From Paracoccaceae bacterium (GTDB taxonomy: Bacteria > Pseudomonadota > Alphaproteobacteria > Rhodobacterales > Rhodobacteraceae): DNA of 24,000 bases. A program made the translations under genes and the position numbers. Shown here one piece after another: positions 22,352-24,000 of this stretch (the first letter of the stretch is position 1; the number at the start of each line of letters is the position of its first letter). The DNA lies in contig JBHJIZ010000069.1 of NCBI GenBank assembly GCA_050043005.1, positions 1-24,000 of the forward strand, given 5' to 3'. The notes below the pieces were generated by a model, which worked only from the letters and a program-made list of their open reading frames with translations, had not been told where the DNA came from and did no database searches.

Positions 22352-22662
22352 TTCAGATAATCCAAGTGTAGAGTTTGTTTAAACCCGCTCTGAATTTCAT
22401 TTTCTTGAGAAAATTGATAGAAAGTCCCAATCTGTATTCAGCATGGTGTCCAGTTATGCTGGATCAGGTAACGAGCGTTACGTTCGCGTCTCGCTCTTCC
22501 CGCGGAGTCACTCATCAGACGCGCTGATATCCTCACAGGACGAAGGTCTCGCAGGTCTACGCGATAGGTTTTCACTGTTTGCAGTGCTTGATGATGAACG
22601 CTTTACATTCGTCCTCAAGTTCGGTGCGTTCATCTCTTTCCATTGCTAACCGGGAAAACGTT

Positions 22663-22697
22663 AGAGAGCCCTCTTAGATGTGGCCGGAAGGCTCTCT
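22663..22697 (-). terminator. Possible terminator hairpin downstream of glcG
   Basis: agagagcc (22663-22670) pairs with ggctctct (22690-22697). On the minus strand the hairpin is followed by AACGTTTTCC. The 19-nt loop makes it weak. Confidence 0.25.
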
Positions 22698-22731
22698 GAG
22701 CAACGGCTATGATCTGGCGCCTTGGGTTGCC

Positions 22732-23160
22732 TCACCCCGCATCAGCGGTCAATCCAGCCAGTTCGATCCCTGCTATTGCGGCCAGTTCGTCATTGTCCGA
22801 GTTATCGCCCGAGATACCGACTGCGCCCAGCAGAGCGCCTTTCTTGTCGCGGATCAGGACGCCGCCCGGCACAGGTACCAGTGCGCAACCCTCGAGCCCG
22901 TTCACGGCGGTGACGAAATAGGCCTGCTGCTCGGCGCGCGCGTGGAGCGCTCGCGAGCCCATTCCCATTCCGAGGGCACCGGAGGCCTTCCCATGCGCGA
23001 TCTGGAAACGGTAGTTCGATGTGCCATCTTCGCGCTCGAACGCCTTCACATTGCCGCCCGCGTCGAGCACGCAGACTGCAAGAGGTTTCATCTCCTTCTC
23101 GCGTCCCTTGGCCAGCGCGCCCTTGATGATGGTTTTTGCTCTGCGCAACGTTATGGACAT
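22732..23160 (-). CDS. glcG: GlcG/HbpS-like (DUF336) protein
   Basis: 142 aa. A..II..A.AKG.E......V.V.D.GG......R.DG, IA..KA and GG.(L/P)I...G...GA(I/V)G(I/V)SG are the typical GlcG family pattern. The ATG overlaps the malate synthase stop by 1 nt. Confidence 0.85.
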   Translation of the reverse strand: MSITLRRAKTIIKGALAKGREKEMKPLAVCVLDAGGNVKAFEREDGTSNYRFQIAHGKASGALGMGMGSRALHARAEQQAYFVTAVNGLEGCALVPVPGGVLIRDKKGALLGAVGISGDNSDNDELAAIAGIELAGLTADAG

Positions 23161-24000
23161 CAGGCTGCCTCCCCTTTTTTCTCCAGTCTGCGCCGATGCA
23201 AGACCGGTTCCGTATATCCCGACGGCTGAGCCGTCCCTTCAAAGACCAAATCACAAGCCGCGTTGAACGCCGGGCCATCGAATGTCGGCGCCATCGGCTC
23301 ATAAGCCGCATCGTCGGCATTTTGTCGGTCGACGACTTCGGCCATTTCCTTCATCGCAGCCATCACCTCGTCCTTGCTGACCACCCCGTGACGCAGCCAA
23401 TTGGCGAGGTGCTGCGACGAGATCCGGCAGGTCGCGCGGTCCTCCATCAGTCCGACATCGTTGATGTCCGGAACCTTGGAGCAGCCGACTCCAGCATCCA
23501 CCCAGCGCACGACGTATCCTAGGATACCCTGTGCGTTGTTGCGGATCTCGGACCGGACCTCTTCGGGAGTCCAGTTCACATTGTCGGCCAGCGGTACCGT
23601 CAGAATATCCTCGATCGATGCGCGCGCGCCGCCATACTTGATCGACGCCTGGCGGGCGTGAACGCTGACGCGATGATAGTGCAGGGCATGCAGTGTCGCT
23701 GCCGTCGGCGAAGGCACCCATGCGCAATTCGCACCGGCCTGAACATGGCCAATCTTCTGATCAAGCATCGCGCCCATCAGGTCTGGCATCGCCCACATGC
23801 CCTTTCCGATCTGTGCGCGGCCCATGAGCCCGCAAGAGAGACCGACATCGACATTCCAGTCCTCGTAGGCCTGGATCCAGGCGGCACCCTTCATGTCCGC
23901 CTTGCGGATCATCGCGCCCGCTTCCATGGCGGTGTGCATCTCGTCGCCGGTACGATCCAGGAAGCCCGTGTTGATGAAGCACACGCGAGCCTTCGCGGCC
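23160..24000 (-). CDS. glcB: Malate synthase G, C-terminal ~280 aa (the 5' part lies outside the window)
   Basis: [13 protein letters not shown](I/M)[39 protein letters not shown]...[21 protein letters not shown] and EP.LH..R are all hallmark GlcB sequences. The frame stays open to the window edge. Confidence 0.95.
   Translation of the reverse strand, partial: AAKARVCFINTGFLDRTGDEMHTAMEAGAMIRKADMKGAAWIQAYEDWNVDVGLSCGLMGRAQIGKGMWAMPDLMGAMLDQKIGHVQAGANCAWVPSPTAATLHALHYHRVSVHARQASIKYGGARASIEDILTVPLADNVNWTPEEVRSEIRNNAQGILGYVVRWVDAGVGCSKVPDINDVGLMEDRATCRISSQHLANWLRHGVVSKDEVMAAMKEMAEVVDRQNADDAAYEPMAPTFDGPAFNAACDLVFEGTAQPSGYTEPVLHRRRLEKKGEAA

Noticed and set aside
22443-22649. 68-aa plus-strand ORF, and 23- and 41-codon minus-strand ORFs, in the gap between the HhH gene and glcG
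   Set aside because: They have no RBS, odd composition and no motif. The region is better explained as a non-coding island border and glcG terminator region.
22678-23229. 183-aa plus-strand ORF overlapping glcG
   Set aside because: It is antisense to a clear GlcG/DUF336 gene that is start/stop-coupled to glcB, and it has no motif and no RBS.
1-24000. Scan for CRISPR arrays, rRNA or tRNA genes, integrase/att pairs, and toxin-antitoxin or defence-system signatures
   Set aside because: By eye I saw no regularly spaced direct repeats, no cloverleaf-compatible segments and no intact recombinase or defence-type domains. The only tandem repeat is the coding 3 x 150 bp array at 20354-20803.

Overview
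The window looks alphaproteobacterial, possibly Rhodobacterales-like; this is an inference from protein signatures only. By eye it is roughly 55-60% GC, with several AT-rich intergenic gaps, and it is an accessory block. (1) 1-1740 is an IS graveyard. It holds the 3' end of an rve-type transposase, a C-terminal stub of a CoxL/xanthine-dehydrogenase-type subunit and a frameshifted unknown gene. It also holds a 5'-truncated IS3 OrfB whose right inverted repeat is inserted into the 5' end of an IS5/DUF4096 transposase gene. (2) 1731-6905 is a complete photoactive yellow protein module. The minus-strand operon reads orf145, pyp, two paralogous unknown genes, a hairpin, then pcl (coumarate ligase). 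The tyrosine ammonia-lyase gene tal is divergent on the plus strand. (3) 7216-9516 encodes a methyl-accepting chemotaxis protein with a NIT-like sensor and a long acidic tail. (4) 9768-21512 is a plus-strand gas vesicle operon of 16 tightly packed genes, many of them overlapping. In order: a TM coiled-coil protein, a third paralogue of the unknown family, gvpN, a small coiled-coil ORF, gvpO, gvpJ, an Hsp20-like gvpH, GvpF/L copy 1, gvpG, a CDC48-like double AAA+ ATPase, GvpF/L copies 2 and 3, a gvpS-like gene, a divergent fourth GvpF/L, gvpK, and a 488-aa protein with three 50-aa tandem repeats. A separately promoted gvpA follows, with a strong terminator. (5) After that come a Lys-rich helix-hairpin-helix protein and the housekeeping genes glcG and glcB (malate synthase G, partial). 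I saw no rRNA, tRNA or CRISPR. The most interesting leads are: the three-member unknown protein family that links the pyp operon to the gvp operon; the repeat protein next to gvpA as a possible non-homologous GvpC analogue; a carrier-protein-like GVDSL motif in the coumarate ligase; and a J-domain-like tail (HAD instead of HPD) on one GvpF/L copy. All family assignments come from motif recognition by eye, not from searches.
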